A stretch of DNA of 59,688 nucleotides from NCBI GenBank assembly GCA_046754465.1, contig JBHHVU010000015.1, positions 1-59,688 of the forward strand, in the 5' to 3' direction. This stretch comes from Nitrospinaceae bacterium. Its GTDB lineage: Bacteria > Nitrospinota > Nitrospinia > Nitrospinales > VA-1. The position numbers were made by a program, and so were the translations under genes. This document shows positions 9,401-18,719 of the stretch, one piece after another. Position 1 is the first letter of the stretch. The number at the start of each line of letters is the position of its first letter. Below the pieces are notes generated by a model that made no database searches, was not told the origin of the DNA, and worked only from the letters and a program-made list of their open reading frames with translations.

Positions 9401-9879
9401 TTCGGGAAATCAAGGGTGAAAAAATCGACTCGCGAATCGAGCCGGAAATCGATTTCATGGTCAAGGGATTCATCCCAAAGGATTATATCCAGGACCTCAA
9501 CCAGCGGTTGGAGATTTACCGGCGAATCCAGTTGATCGGTGAACTCGAGGAACTGGAGGCCTTGGCGGGAGAACTGGTGGACCGCTACGGGAAACTTCCG
9601 GAACCGGTGGAAAAACTTTTGAAACTTCTGGGAATTAAAATTCTTTGCCAAAAACTGCATATCTCCCTTGCCAAGTTCCGGGGTGACAGTGCACTTTTAA
9701 CCTTTGAGCCCAGCACACCCATCCCGCCGGAAGGAATCGCTCCCTTGCTCGACGGACAAATGAGCTTTTTGTCCGAATTTGAGGTTAAAATAAAAATCGA
9801 ACGGAAAGGGTGGAGAGAGGATTTGGAAATCGTCGGCCATTATCTTCAAAAATTACTGGAATTCAATGAGAACCTTTGA
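6433..9879 (+). CDS. mfd: transcription-repair coupling factor
   Basis: UvrB-like N-terminus, CarD-like HIEYGIGRY, GDVGYGKT, DEEQRFGV, TATPIPRT, QLRGRVGR, TRCF domain. Confidence 0.98.
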   Translation: MNQTLHLAHTDTVSFTGKLDEVAAYLKTPGGSLTVEGLSGAARALFLAGLRKKLRQPILVLTSGQNMGETLLGDLKYFFRYQKLRESPQFFPTWEILPYENLSPLSEVSGERLSILHQLLEKKNLFLVVPAEAAMQFVLPRSVLQRQVFPVRKGDFLDRELLVTCLLDNGYNRAGLVGERGDFSVRGDIVDFFQPGYSHPVRVEFFGDQVESLRIFDIGSQVSMEEKPEINILPVREICLTPDEMDRGLRKILDRGREEGIEPSKLRELTERIRHLHSFSGVESLASLFYPQHESLFDYLPEDTLVVVDEEDLVLSKCDQYGELIQSEFENAQERGELVPYPNEFYLGPEEIRERLSQRGSLNLNTLKVSDGKSSGVVQFDVKPIPLLRGRFDDFAENAMKWHEEGRETVIVAPTKGQVRRVHQLLNDYGLEIGVDLGYISSGFQIPEPGKVFVAESEIFGRTHKHRYRRKPKSQSFQRGFKDLKPGDHLVHIEYGIGRYMGTRELKTGVGGGEFLEILYADDEKLYIPMEGLGYVQKFVGSGESPPPLSKMGSVFWKRQKTKAKESIREMAEDLLKLYAAREISSGYAYSGNPVAMQEFADSFEFEETEDQWKAIEEMDEDLEKDKPMDRLICGDVGYGKTEVAMRAAFKVILDKKQVAVLVPTTILAQQHLNTFRERFRNYPVMIEQVSRFRSPREQKQILGKLARGEIDILIGTHRLLSKDVRFAELGLIIIDEEQRFGVKHKEKLKKIRATVDILTLTATPIPRTLHFSLMGVRDLSVIETPPSDRLEVKTFVRKFDEKIIRQAILRELDRGGQIFFVHNKIQSIQTIREMILDLMPRVRIGIAHGQLPEHQLEEVMKKFIDHEIDLLLCTSIIESGLDIPSANTIIINHADEFGLAQLYQLRGRVGRYKHQAYAYLLIPGTRAMNPEARKRICAIEEMSELGSGFQLAARDMEIRGVGNMLGHKQSGHISAIGFDLYCKLIEETVREIKGEKIDSRIEPEIDFMVKGFIPKDYIQDLNQRLEIYRRIQLIGELEELEALAGELVDRYGKLPEPVEKLLKLLGIKILCQKLHISLAKFRGDSALLTFEPSTPIPPEGIAPLLDGQMSFLSEFEVKIKIERKGWREDLEIVGHYLQKLLEFNENL

Positions 9880-10861
9880 ATTATTTATATTTCGGGCTTT
9901 TCCCCGGTGCTTTCAATGCGGTATACTTTGTATAACCTTGTTGATTTCGGGATGTTCCGAAAATTCCAATTTCCCGGGAGGGTTCAAGGATAGTTCCGTC
10001 ATCGCCGGGGTCAATGGCGAAGATATTTTGGTGAGTAAGGTCAGAAGGAAGCTTGAAACTTTAAAAAAAGAAAACCGCGTGGAAAATGAGAAGCGGTTGA
10101 CTTCCGATGAATTGCTCTGGTTGAAAACGAGGGCTCTCAACGAAATTATTCAGAATACCCTCTTTCGGCAGGAAGCCGCGAAAAAGGGAATTGCCGTCAC
10201 CCGGAAAGAATTCGATGAGGCTTTGGAAAAGGCCAAAAGCGGTTATGTGGAGGATTCCTTCCAAAAATATCTGGAGATTGAGGGAATTTCCCGGCGGGAA
10301 TGGGAAAATAGGTTGAAAAATAATTTGTTAATAAAAAAATTGATTGACACCATCGTGAATAGTAAAGTATCAGTCAGTGAACCGGAATTGTTACAATATT
10401 TCTCCGCCCATGAAGAGGAGTTTCACAAGGGAAAACAAGTGCGGGCACTGCATATCATGGTGGAAACCGAGGAAGAAGCTCTTCGGATCAAAAAACAACT
10501 GGAATCCAACCAGGCGGACTTCTCGGAATTGGCCCGTAAATATTCATTGGGTCCGGAAGGGGCTGAAGGAGGGGACCTGGGTTATTTCGAGGAAGGCCAG
10601 ATGCCCGACGAATTGGACGAAATCTTCAAATTGAAGGTCAATGAAATAAGCAATATCATCCGGACCCCTTATGGGAGTCATATTTTCAAGGTGGTCGATA
10701 AACGAAAAGACCGCAAGATGAGTTTTGAAGAATCGCGGAAAATCATTCATGATAAACTCCTGCGGGAACGTCAGGGTTTGGCCTTTAAAAAATGGCTAAC
10801 CCAATTAAAAGAAAAAGCCAACATAAAGATTCGCAATGATGTATTGGCGCAAATCAGTTAA
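9866..10861 (+). CDS. parvulin-type peptidyl-prolyl isomerase lipoprotein (PrsA/SurA-like)
   Basis: lipobox ISGC; VRALHIMV, FSELARKYS, GGDLGYF, TPYGSHIFKV. Confidence 0.9.
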   Translation: MRTFELFIFRAFPRCFQCGILCITLLISGCSENSNFPGGFKDSSVIAGVNGEDILVSKVRRKLETLKKENRVENEKRLTSDELLWLKTRALNEIIQNTLFRQEAAKKGIAVTRKEFDEALEKAKSGYVEDSFQKYLEIEGISRREWENRLKNNLLIKKLIDTIVNSKVSVSEPELLQYFSAHEEEFHKGKQVRALHIMVETEEEALRIKKQLESNQADFSELARKYSLGPEGAEGGDLGYFEEGQMPDELDEIFKLKVNEISNIIRTPYGSHIFKVVDKRKDRKMSFEESRKIIHDKLLRERQGLAFKKWLTQLKEKANIKIRNDVLAQIS

Positions 10862-12116
10862 ACAACTTGTTTTGATGGTGGGGGTTCTTTTCCTGCCGCT
10901 GTCCGTCGGCGTCGGCCTGGCCGAGGTGGTGGACCGTGTCGTGGCGAGGGTGAATGGTGACATCATCACCCTGAGCATGGTGCAGGAAAGGTCGTTGGTT
11001 CTGGAGCGGCAATTGAATGCCTCCGGCGCCAAGGTCGATCTTTCTAAAAAGGAGATAATGAAACAGGTCTTGAACAGCCTCATTGAAGAAAAGTTGCAGA
11101 TCGGGGAGGCCAAGAAGTCCAGACTCGAGGTCGACGAAAAATCCATCACCAGCGCTCTCGATGACATCAAATCCAAAAACAATATTACCGAAGCGGAGTT
11201 GGAGAGTATGCTCCAGCAGGAGGGCCGCACTCTGGAGCAATACAAGGACCATATCCGCGACCAGATTCTATTGTCCAAAGTGGTCCGTTTTCATATGGGA
11301 AACGGAGTTAAAGTCAGCAAAAAACAAATCAGGAAATATTACCAAAGTCACCTGAAAGATTATTGGGTACCCAAACAACCTTTTGTCCGGCATATCCTCT
11401 TGATCGCCGAGGAGGGAATGCCCGAAAAAGAGAGACAACTCAAAAAAATCCGGGCGAAGGAGTTGCTGAGACAGATTCGCGGCGGCAAGGCATTTGTGGA
11501 AATAGCCAAAAAATATTCCGAGGACGTTTCGGCGGCTTCGGGCGGGGAAGTCGGTTTTATAAAAAAAGGGCAATTGGTTCCTGAATTTGAAGAAACCGCT
11601 TTCCGCCTCCAGGAGGGCGAGGTCAGCGACGTGGTCGAAACCCAGTATGGTTTTCACATCATTAAAGTGGACAAGGTGATTCCGGCGAGAACCAAATCTC
11701 TGGACGAGGTGAAAGATGAAATTGCCAATATCCAGCAATTCGAAAATCAGAAGAAGCATTACAAGGAATGGATGGATGAAATAAAAAAGGCCGCTTTCAT
11801 CGAAATTCATCTATTCGAACCACCGGCCGGAGAAAAAGAAATTTCGCGGCAAGCGACTAAGGAAACCGAGGTTCCAGCCCAAAAAGATGATTTCTTTTCC
11901 GAACCGGAAAAGAAATATCCCCAGAGGGTCACCAAGAGGCATTGGGAAGAAGCTTCGAATATCAAAAAAAATAACTTCACCTCCGTGAGCAGAGGAAAGG
12001 CGGATTTCCAGCTCATGGAAAGAAAACTGAGTTACATCAAGAAATTGCGCATGAAAAGAAGAATTTCCGAAACAGAGTATCAAAAACGAAAACGCAGGTT
12101 GCTCGACCAGTTGTAA
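10836..12116 (+). CDS. surA: SurA-like chaperone/PPIase with C-terminal extension
   Basis: VDRVVARVNGDIITLS, VRHILL, AKKYSED, GGEVGF, TQYGFHIIKV. Confidence 0.85.
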   Translation: MMYWRKSVKQLVLMVGVLFLPLSVGVGLAEVVDRVVARVNGDIITLSMVQERSLVLERQLNASGAKVDLSKKEIMKQVLNSLIEEKLQIGEAKKSRLEVDEKSITSALDDIKSKNNITEAELESMLQQEGRTLEQYKDHIRDQILLSKVVRFHMGNGVKVSKKQIRKYYQSHLKDYWVPKQPFVRHILLIAEEGMPEKERQLKKIRAKELLRQIRGGKAFVEIAKKYSEDVSAASGGEVGFIKKGQLVPEFEETAFRLQEGEVSDVVETQYGFHIIKVDKVIPARTKSLDEVKDEIANIQQFENQKKHYKEWMDEIKKAAFIEIHLFEPPAGEKEISRQATKETEVPAQKDDFFSEPEKKYPQRVTKRHWEEASNIKKNNFTSVSRGKADFQLMERKLSYIKKLRMKRRISETEYQKRKRRLLDQL

Positions 12117-12229
12117 TGTTCCCCGGGTTCCTTTGAAGAGTCCCGGATCTTTCCATCTCCCGCGTTTATTTCAGGCGCATCCTCCCAGCCCATCCCTCAT
12201 CTATCCGTCGGTAAATTCCGGTGAATTGC

Positions 12230-13666
12230 ATGGAAACCATCGAGGACAAAGTAAGGCGTTCCGTCTCCCGAATGATCAGGCCTGGGGACCGGGTTTTGGT
12301 GGCTGTGTCCGGGGGCGTGGATTCAGTTTCCCTTTTGCATCTTTTGCATGACCTTAGGGAAGAATTCCGGTTCGAACTTTCCCTCGCCCACTTAAATCAT
12401 ATGGCTCGCGGCAAGGCGTCCCTTGAGGATGCGCGCTTTGTCGAGCGTCTGGGAAAGGAATTGGGACTGACCGTCCATGTTGCAAAAATCAATGTCGGCG
12501 AGGAGCGGAAAAACCTGAAAACATCGTTCCAGGAAGCCGGCCGCATTTTGCGGTACCGATTCTTGGAATGCACCTTGAAGAGCGTAGGAGGAAACAAGCT
12601 GGCCTTGGGCCATACCGCCGATGACCAGGCAGAGACCGTGCTGATGAACCTCCTTAGGGGAACCGGCTTGAAAGGGCTGGCGGGAATGTCCCCGGTCAGG
12701 GGAAGCATCATCCGGCCCTTACTGGAATGCAGCCGGGCGGAGGTGGAGGGGTATCTCAAATCCCGGAAACTGGAATTCCGTTCCGATGCCACCAATGCGG
12801 AAAAATATTATCTTAGGAATCGTGTCCGTCATGATTTGATTCCTTTCCTGGAAACCTTTAACAGGAACATCAAGTCCAACCTGGCCGAGACTTCCCGTAT
12901 CATCCGGGATGATGACGAGTGTCTCAGCGAGCAGACCGACCGCATTTTTCCGGAAATCGCGGTAAGTTTGGAGGAGCGCCCGGCGGTTGCCATTAACATT
13001 CAAGAGTTTACGCGGCAATCTCCCGCGATTCAAAAGCGATTGGTGAGGCGGGCAATTGAATCCTTAAAAGGAGAACTGCGGCGGATTTCCTCCCGGCACG
13101 TTCGGGAAATCATCGGCCTTTTCAGGGATCCCCGGGAAGGAAAGCGGATTTGCCTGCCGGATAATTTCACCGCCTGCACCCGCCGGGAGTCCATTGAAAT
13201 AAAAAGAAATCGTGCGTCTGGTGAAAGCATCCTAATAAATAGGGGGCTTGCGGGGCAAACCACCGAACTGAAAATTCCCGGTTGGACCGACTGGAGCGGA
13301 ACCGGACTCAAGTTTCAAACCCGGTTGCTTCCGTTCTGCCAGTTGACCTGGCCTCCGGGAATTTCCAACCAAGCCTATCTGGATTACGATAAAACTGGGC
13401 AATTTATTCAAGCCAGGTTTTTCAGGCCGGGGGACCGGTTTGTCCCCCTTGGAATGAAAGGAAGAAAAAAGCTGAAAGCGTTTTTTATTGATGAAAAAAT
13501 TCCCCGGGAAACAAGAAAACGTATCCCTGTATTGACAACCCGGGCGGACGATATTATCTGGGTGTATGGGAGGAGAATTTCTGAAAGTTATCGAGTGACC
13601 GCTGAAACGAGAAACGTTCTTTTTATCGAAGGGGTGGGAAATTGCGGTGCCGTCTCTCCTGAATAA
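12230..13666 (+). CDS. tilS: tRNA(Ile)-lysidine synthetase
   Basis: AVSGGVDS, GHTADDQAETVLMNLLRG, IIRPLL, RNRVRH, C-terminal PGDRF..GMKGRKKLK. Confidence 0.97.
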   Translation: METIEDKVRRSVSRMIRPGDRVLVAVSGGVDSVSLLHLLHDLREEFRFELSLAHLNHMARGKASLEDARFVERLGKELGLTVHVAKINVGEERKNLKTSFQEAGRILRYRFLECTLKSVGGNKLALGHTADDQAETVLMNLLRGTGLKGLAGMSPVRGSIIRPLLECSRAEVEGYLKSRKLEFRSDATNAEKYYLRNRVRHDLIPFLETFNRNIKSNLAETSRIIRDDDECLSEQTDRIFPEIAVSLEERPAVAINIQEFTRQSPAIQKRLVRRAIESLKGELRRISSRHVREIIGLFRDPREGKRICLPDNFTACTRRESIEIKRNRASGESILINRGLAGQTTELKIPGWTDWSGTGLKFQTRLLPFCQLTWPPGISNQAYLDYDKTGQFIQARFFRPGDRFVPLGMKGRKKLKAFFIDEKIPRETRKRIPVLTTRADDIIWVYGRRISESYRVTAETRNVLFIEGVGNCGAVSPE

Positions 13667-13743
13667 TCTGATCCATATCTTGTTTGAAATGTGGTAGTAT
13701 AAATTGACTCGATAGAGTTCATATTCCCAAAAAGGAGAGAGTT

Positions 13744-15681
13744 TTGAACCAATTTTATAGAAATTTGGCTCTCTGGCTGGTCATTGGACTGATCCTGATC
13801 GCCTTGTTCAATATTTTCAATAAACCCATGGTCGCCCAATCGGAAATCGTATACAGCGACTTTATTGAGCAGGTGGAAAAAGGCCAGATCAAAGAAGTGA
13901 TGATCCAGGGCGATAACTTCAGCGGTAAATATATGGATGGGCGGCCGTTTCAGACTATCGCCCCCTCCAAGGACCCCGATCTTATCAAAATCCTTCGAGA
14001 CAAGGGGGTCCGTATTGTTGTCATTCCGCCGGAACAAACCAGTTGGTACATGAACATCCTGATCTCCTGGTTCCCGATGCTCTTGCTTTTGGGAATATGG
14101 ATATTTTTTATGCGGCAAATGCAGGCGGGCGGGGGAAAGGCTCTCTCCTTTGGAAAAAGCCGGGCCCGACTTTTGAGCGATACGAAAAACCGGACGACCT
14201 TCAAGGATGTGGCGGGTGTCGATGAAGCCAAGGAGGAACTTCAGGAAATCATCGAATTCCTGAAAGAGCCACAGAAGTTCAGCAAACTGGGGGGCAAAAT
14301 CCCCAAGGGCGTCCTTTTAGTGGGGCCTCCGGGAACGGGGAAAACTTTGCTGGCCCGGGCCATTGCCGGGGAAGCGAACGTTCCCTTTTACAGTATCAGT
14401 GGATCCGACTTTGTGGAGATGTTTGTAGGAGTGGGCGCCTCCCGCGTGCGCGACCTTTTCGAGCAGGGCAAGAAGAACAGCCCCTGCATCATTTTCGTGG
14501 ATGAAATCGACGCCGTGGGAAGGCACCGGGGCGCCGGTCTAGGCGGCGGCCATGACGAGCGGGAACAGACCCTGAACCAGCTTCTCGTCGAGATGGATGG
14601 GTTCGATAACAACGAAGGCGTTATTATGATTGCGGCCACGAACCGTCCAGATGTTCTCGACCCGGCCCTGCTTCGTCCGGGCCGGTTCGACCGGCAGGTG
14701 GTGGTGAATCGTCCCGATATCCGGGGAAGGGAAGCCATCCTCAAGGTACATACCGCCACCGTTCCTCTGGATGATGATGTGGAACTCAAAGTGATCGCCC
14801 GCGGTACCCCGGGATTTACCGGGGCCGATCTCGCCAACCTGGTTAACGAAGCGTCCCTGCTCGCCGCGCGCAGTGACAAAAAGACCGTCACGATGGTTGA
14901 TTTTGAGGATGCCAAGGACAAAGTCCTTATGGGCGTGGAACGGCGGAGTATGGTCATTTCCGAAAAAGAGAAGAGGACCACGGCTTATCACGAAGCCGGT
15001 CATGCACTGGTTGCCATGCTTTTGCCGGGGACCGATCCAATTCATAAAGTGACCATCATCCCGCGTGGCCGGGCCTTGGGGGTGACCCAGCAGTTGCCTA
15101 TTGATGAACAGCACACCTATCCCAGAAGTTACCTTTACAACAATCTCGCTATCCTCATGGGAGGGCGGAGCGCCGAGGAACTTTTCCTGGGACAGATGAC
15201 CACCGGCGCCGGAAACGATATTGAGCGGGCGACGGAGATGGCCCGCAAAATGGTTTGTGAGTGGGGAATGAGCGATAAAATGGGTCCCCTCACCTATGGC
15301 ACGAAGGAAGAGCAGGTGTTCCTGGGCAAGGATTTCTCGACTCAGAAAAATTTCAGCGACCAAACCGCGAAACTCATCGATCAGGAAGTAAAATCCCTGG
15401 TCATGATGGGATATAATACCGCCAAGGAGATTCTAAACAATAATCGAGAAAAGCTTGAAAAGCTCGCCTTGGCCCTTTTGGAACGCGAAACTTTGACGGC
15501 CGATGAAATTCGCGATATCATCGCCGGGAAAAAAGCCAATACCCAGGACGATCCGTCCAGTGATGATGAGCAGTTGCCGGCCAAAGTCCTCTCCGACGAG
15601 AAAAATAAGAAAACGAGGAAATCCGGCGGGTCCGAGGGGATGATAGGAGGAGAAGGATTGCCGAACCCCCAACCCGCTTAG
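13744..15681 (+). CDS. ftsH: ATP-dependent zinc metalloprotease FtsH
   Basis: two TM segments, [30 protein letters not shown] start with AGGAGA RBS. Confidence 0.98.
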   Translation: MNQFYRNLALWLVIGLILIALFNIFNKPMVAQSEIVYSDFIEQVEKGQIKEVMIQGDNFSGKYMDGRPFQTIAPSKDPDLIKILRDKGVRIVVIPPEQTSWYMNILISWFPMLLLLGIWIFFMRQMQAGGGKALSFGKSRARLLSDTKNRTTFKDVAGVDEAKEELQEIIEFLKEPQKFSKLGGKIPKGVLLVGPPGTGKTLLARAIAGEANVPFYSISGSDFVEMFVGVGASRVRDLFEQGKKNSPCIIFVDEIDAVGRHRGAGLGGGHDEREQTLNQLLVEMDGFDNNEGVIMIAATNRPDVLDPALLRPGRFDRQVVVNRPDIRGREAILKVHTATVPLDDDVELKVIARGTPGFTGADLANLVNEASLLAARSDKKTVTMVDFEDAKDKVLMGVERRSMVISEKEKRTTAYHEAGHALVAMLLPGTDPIHKVTIIPRGRALGVTQQLPIDEQHTYPRSYLYNNLAILMGGRSAEELFLGQMTTGAGNDIERATEMARKMVCEWGMSDKMGPLTYGTKEEQVFLGKDFSTQKNFSDQTAKLIDQEVKSLVMMGYNTAKEILNNNREKLEKLALALLERETLTADEIRDIIAGKKANTQDDPSSDDEQLPAKVLSDEKNKKTRKSGGSEGMIGGEGLPNPQPA

Positions 15682-15774
15682 GGTATTTTTAATCTTGCCG
15701 CCGATTTTATTTTGCGGGTGAATCGGCGGAAAGTGGGGATTCCCCGGCAGCGGTTCCCTTAATGAATTAAACTG

Positions 15775-15838
15775 GCTCCATTCTTTAGCTCGGAAATATA
15801 TCGATGATATATTATAGCTAAGGAATGGAGCTTTTTTT
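15775..15838 (+). terminator. long hairpin followed by a T-run (intrinsic terminator after ftsH)
   Basis: GCTCCATTCTTTAGCT (15775-15790) pairs with AGCTAAGGAATGGAGC (15816-15831, one G-U); inner AATATATC/GATATATT stem; T7 follows. Confidence 0.7.
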
Positions 15839-15927
15839 ATCCGCTATCGCTCTATCCCGCCAGGCGGGCCGGCTGTTTCGAATTTTTCATGACCGCCGGT
15901 CCCAGGTGATATTCGGGAATATTTAAT

Positions 15928-16770
15928 GTGTTGAACGCATCCAAAACCCGGAAAATGCAACCGGACGTATCCATCATGGGCGTCATCAATCTTTCGCCCG
16001 ATTCCTTTTACCCGGCAAGCCGTTCCCTTTCCCTGGGAAAAGCCCTGGAGACGGCGGAACGATGGATCGATGAAGGGGCCGATATTCTGGACGTGGGCGC
16101 GGAAAGCACCCGGCCAGGATCACATCCCATTCCCGAGGAGCTTGAGCTGGAACGTCTGGTCCCGATCGTATCTGAACTTTGTCGAAAATTTAACGCACCT
16201 GTTTCCGTGGATACTTACAAACCCGCCGTCGCCGAGAAAGTTTTGTCCGAAGGCGCCACGATAATAAATGACATTACCGGTCTTCAAGGTCACCCCGGCA
16301 TGGCAGGAATTATTGCCCGGCACGGGGCCGGGGTAATTCTTATGCATATGCGTGGAACCCCGCCGACCATGCAGGACCACCCGCGATATGAGGATCTCAT
16401 TGGGGAAGTGGTTCAGTACCTGGGGAAAAGTGTCGATTTGGGAAAACGGGCGGGAATCGCGCCGGAGCGCATGGTGATCGATCCGGGAATCGGGTTCGGG
16501 AAAACCCCATCGCAAAACCTGCAACTGGTGCGGAGATTGGATGAACTTAAAGTTTTGAATCAACCCATTCTTATCGGGGTTTCCCGGAAATCCTTCATCG
16601 GCCAATTGCTTGACCTTCCCGTGGAGGAGCGGCTGGAAGCCTCCCTGGCGGCGGCGGTGATCGCCGTGTGGCAAGGGGCGAAATACATACGGACGCACGA
16701 TGTCCGCGCGACTTTCCGGGCCGTGAAAATGGCCTGTGCCATCAGGAACCACCAGGGGAAAACGGCATGA
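15928..16770 (+). CDS. folP: dihydropteroate synthase (alternative start 15955)
   Basis: MGVINLSPDSF, GAESTRPG, DPGIGFGK, GVSRKSF, RTHDV. Confidence 0.96.
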   Translation: MLNASKTRKMQPDVSIMGVINLSPDSFYPASRSLSLGKALETAERWIDEGADILDVGAESTRPGSHPIPEELELERLVPIVSELCRKFNAPVSVDTYKPAVAEKVLSEGATIINDITGLQGHPGMAGIIARHGAGVILMHMRGTPPTMQDHPRYEDLIGEVVQYLGKSVDLGKRAGIAPERMVIDPGIGFGKTPSQNLQLVRRLDELKVLNQPILIGVSRKSFIGQLLDLPVEERLEASLAAAVIAVWQGAKYIRTHDVRATFRAVKMACAIRNHQGKTA

Positions 16771-17504
16771 TCCGTCTTTATGTCAATGTCGATCATGTAG
16801 CGACCGTCCGGGAAGCCAGAAAAACGGTGGAACCGGATCCCCTGAAAGCTGCCCTCCTGGCGGAACGGGCCGGGGCGGATGGGATCACGATTCACCTGAG
16901 AGAAGACCGGCGGCATATACAAGACCATGACTTGGAACGTATCCGGTCGAGCATTACCACCCCACTTAATCTGGAAATGGCCCCGGTGGAGGAAATGGTG
17001 GTCAAGGCGCTTGAAACGCGGCCTTGCCAGGTGTCCCTGGTTCCGGAAAAGCGTCAGGAAATCACCACGGAGGGGGGATTGGATGTTTGTTCACAGGAAG
17101 AATATTTTCATAATATCAGGGAGAAGTTAAAAGCCGCCGGCATCCGCTTCAGCCTGTTTATCGATCCGGATCCGGACCAGGTGGAAGCCGCGGCCCGAAT
17201 CGGAGCGGACAGCATGGAAATCAATACGGGATGTTATTCCGAACTGAAGGGGGAAGGCGAGTTGACCAGGGAACTAACCCGTATTCAGGTTGCGGCCCGG
17301 ATGGGGTCCGGGCTGGGGCTTCGCGTATTTGCCGGGCACGGGCTCAATTACGAAAATGTGGTTTCAATTGCCGCCATTCCCGAAATTGAGGAACTTAATA
17401 TCGGGCATTACCTTGTCGCGCAGGCCATATATTCCGGTCTGGAAAAAGCGGTCCAGGAAATGATTCAGGCCATTCAAAAGGGAGTAGAAAAGCGGTCCCC
17501 ATAA
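16767..17504 (+). CDS. pdxJ: pyridoxine 5'-phosphate synthase
   Basis: VNVDHVATVREAR, HLREDRRHIQD, TTEGGLD, AGHGLNY, ELNIGH; ATGA overlap with folP. Confidence 0.97.
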   Translation: MIRLYVNVDHVATVREARKTVEPDPLKAALLAERAGADGITIHLREDRRHIQDHDLERIRSSITTPLNLEMAPVEEMVVKALETRPCQVSLVPEKRQEITTEGGLDVCSQEEYFHNIREKLKAAGIRFSLFIDPDPDQVEAAARIGADSMEINTGCYSELKGEGELTRELTRIQVAARMGSGLGLRVFAGHGLNYENVVSIAAIPEIEELNIGHYLVAQAIYSGLEKAVQEMIQAIQKGVEKRSP

Positions 17505-17549
17505 AGTATTATGGAATTATTCCACTTCGTGACCTTCTATCTTAAATAA

Positions 17550-17565
17550 CGGCACATTTTTTGCG
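17550..17565 (+). promoter_or_regulatory. candidate sigma54 (-24/-12) promoter
   Basis: CGGCACATTTTTTGCG: GG-N10-GC with GGCAC and TTGC; a TATAAT also follows at 17567-17572. Confidence 0.4.
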
Positions 17566-17616
17566 ATATAATTCAACAATCGTAAAATCGCCAAGATATT
17601 GACAGGAAAGGGTTTA

Positions 17617-18426
17617 ATGGTTAAAGGAAGAAAGAATTCCACTATCGGGGACGATAATATCGCTGCTCGGGAAAAAGGTGTGTTGATGGTAAGGGATTTT
17701 GAGCATCTGGTTCAAACCTTCAACAAGGTTCTCAGGTATAAGGAGAAAATAGGGAAAGCCCTGGAAGAAAGTCGGGCGGACTTAAAGGAGAAAATTAGGG
17801 TAAATCTTGATAATTTGGAAATTCTGGCTGGCAATATTGAGATTTACAATAAAAATATTGAAAAAATCGCGGCCAATCTGGCTCATCTTGATCAGGAAGA
17901 GCGCAAATTCAAGGATCAGTATGAACGGCTCTTGCGGGGGGCGACGGGAGAGATATTCAGTTCAGACGATGCATCCCTTGAACAACCCACCAATGCACCC
18001 GGCCAGGAATCTGGCACCCGGGAATACCTGATTTCCAGGCGACAAAATTTTCTGGATAATCTGAGCAAGCGTTTTAAGGATCTCGATGATGAATTGTTGT
18101 CGATAGAGGGTCTTCGGAAGGAATTGACCCGCACCCGGGCGGAGATCGACGCAAAAAAGGGGAAAGCCGCCGCCAAACAGGAAAACCTGGAAGAAAAGCG
18201 GAAACGGCTTGCAGAAGAGGAGAGACGGGTTGACAAGGAACTGGAAAAATCCGTGGAAGAGGAAGAGATTCTTGTCGATGAGTTCAGTAAATTGTTGGGC
18301 CGGGTGGAGAATTGTATTCAACTTAGTGACCAAATCGACCACGTTTTATTTTCTTCCCTGACAGCGGCGAATACCCCCGATGGCTCATTTCAAGGGGGCA
18401 ACGATTCCAACGAGAACCCGGGTTAA
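17617..18426 (+). CDS. hypothetical coiled-coil protein
   Basis: E/K/L/R-rich heptad pattern throughout; start uncertain (17617 or 17686). Confidence 0.75.
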   Translation: MVKGRKNSTIGDDNIAAREKGVLMVRDFEHLVQTFNKVLRYKEKIGKALEESRADLKEKIRVNLDNLEILAGNIEIYNKNIEKIAANLAHLDQEERKFKDQYERLLRGATGEIFSSDDASLEQPTNAPGQESGTREYLISRRQNFLDNLSKRFKDLDDELLSIEGLRKELTRTRAEIDAKKGKAAAKQENLEEKRKRLAEEERRVDKELEKSVEEEEILVDEFSKLLGRVENCIQLSDQIDHVLFSSLTAANTPDGSFQGGNDSNENPG

Positions 18427-18476
18427 CCTTTTGTGATATTTTCCGTATTTGCCTTGTTTCGGGAACAAGGTTTGTA

Positions 18477-18505
18477 TTGACTTGAATTTATAAATTTTGC
18501 ATAAT
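18477..18505 (+). promoter_or_regulatory. candidate sigma70 promoter for gap-tpiA-secG
   Basis: TTGACT-17 nt-CATAAT, just after a small hairpin (CCTTGTT/AACAAGG) plus T-run. Confidence 0.55.
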
Positions 18506-18719
18506 CCTACCCACGGACGCACGGCATATTCCTTTGTGGTCCCGTCATTTCTAAAGGTTCCTGCCGTATACTATTTTGGGGCATTCGCCCAAAATGATTC
18601 ATAAGCCGCGAAAAAAACTTCATTTCCCGGATTTAAACCTAAAATTTCCCCTGATTTTAATATTTTGGAGTCCGGAGTGATTTGCTTGTATTTTTTCAGG
18701 GAATTTGGAGGTTGGTTAC

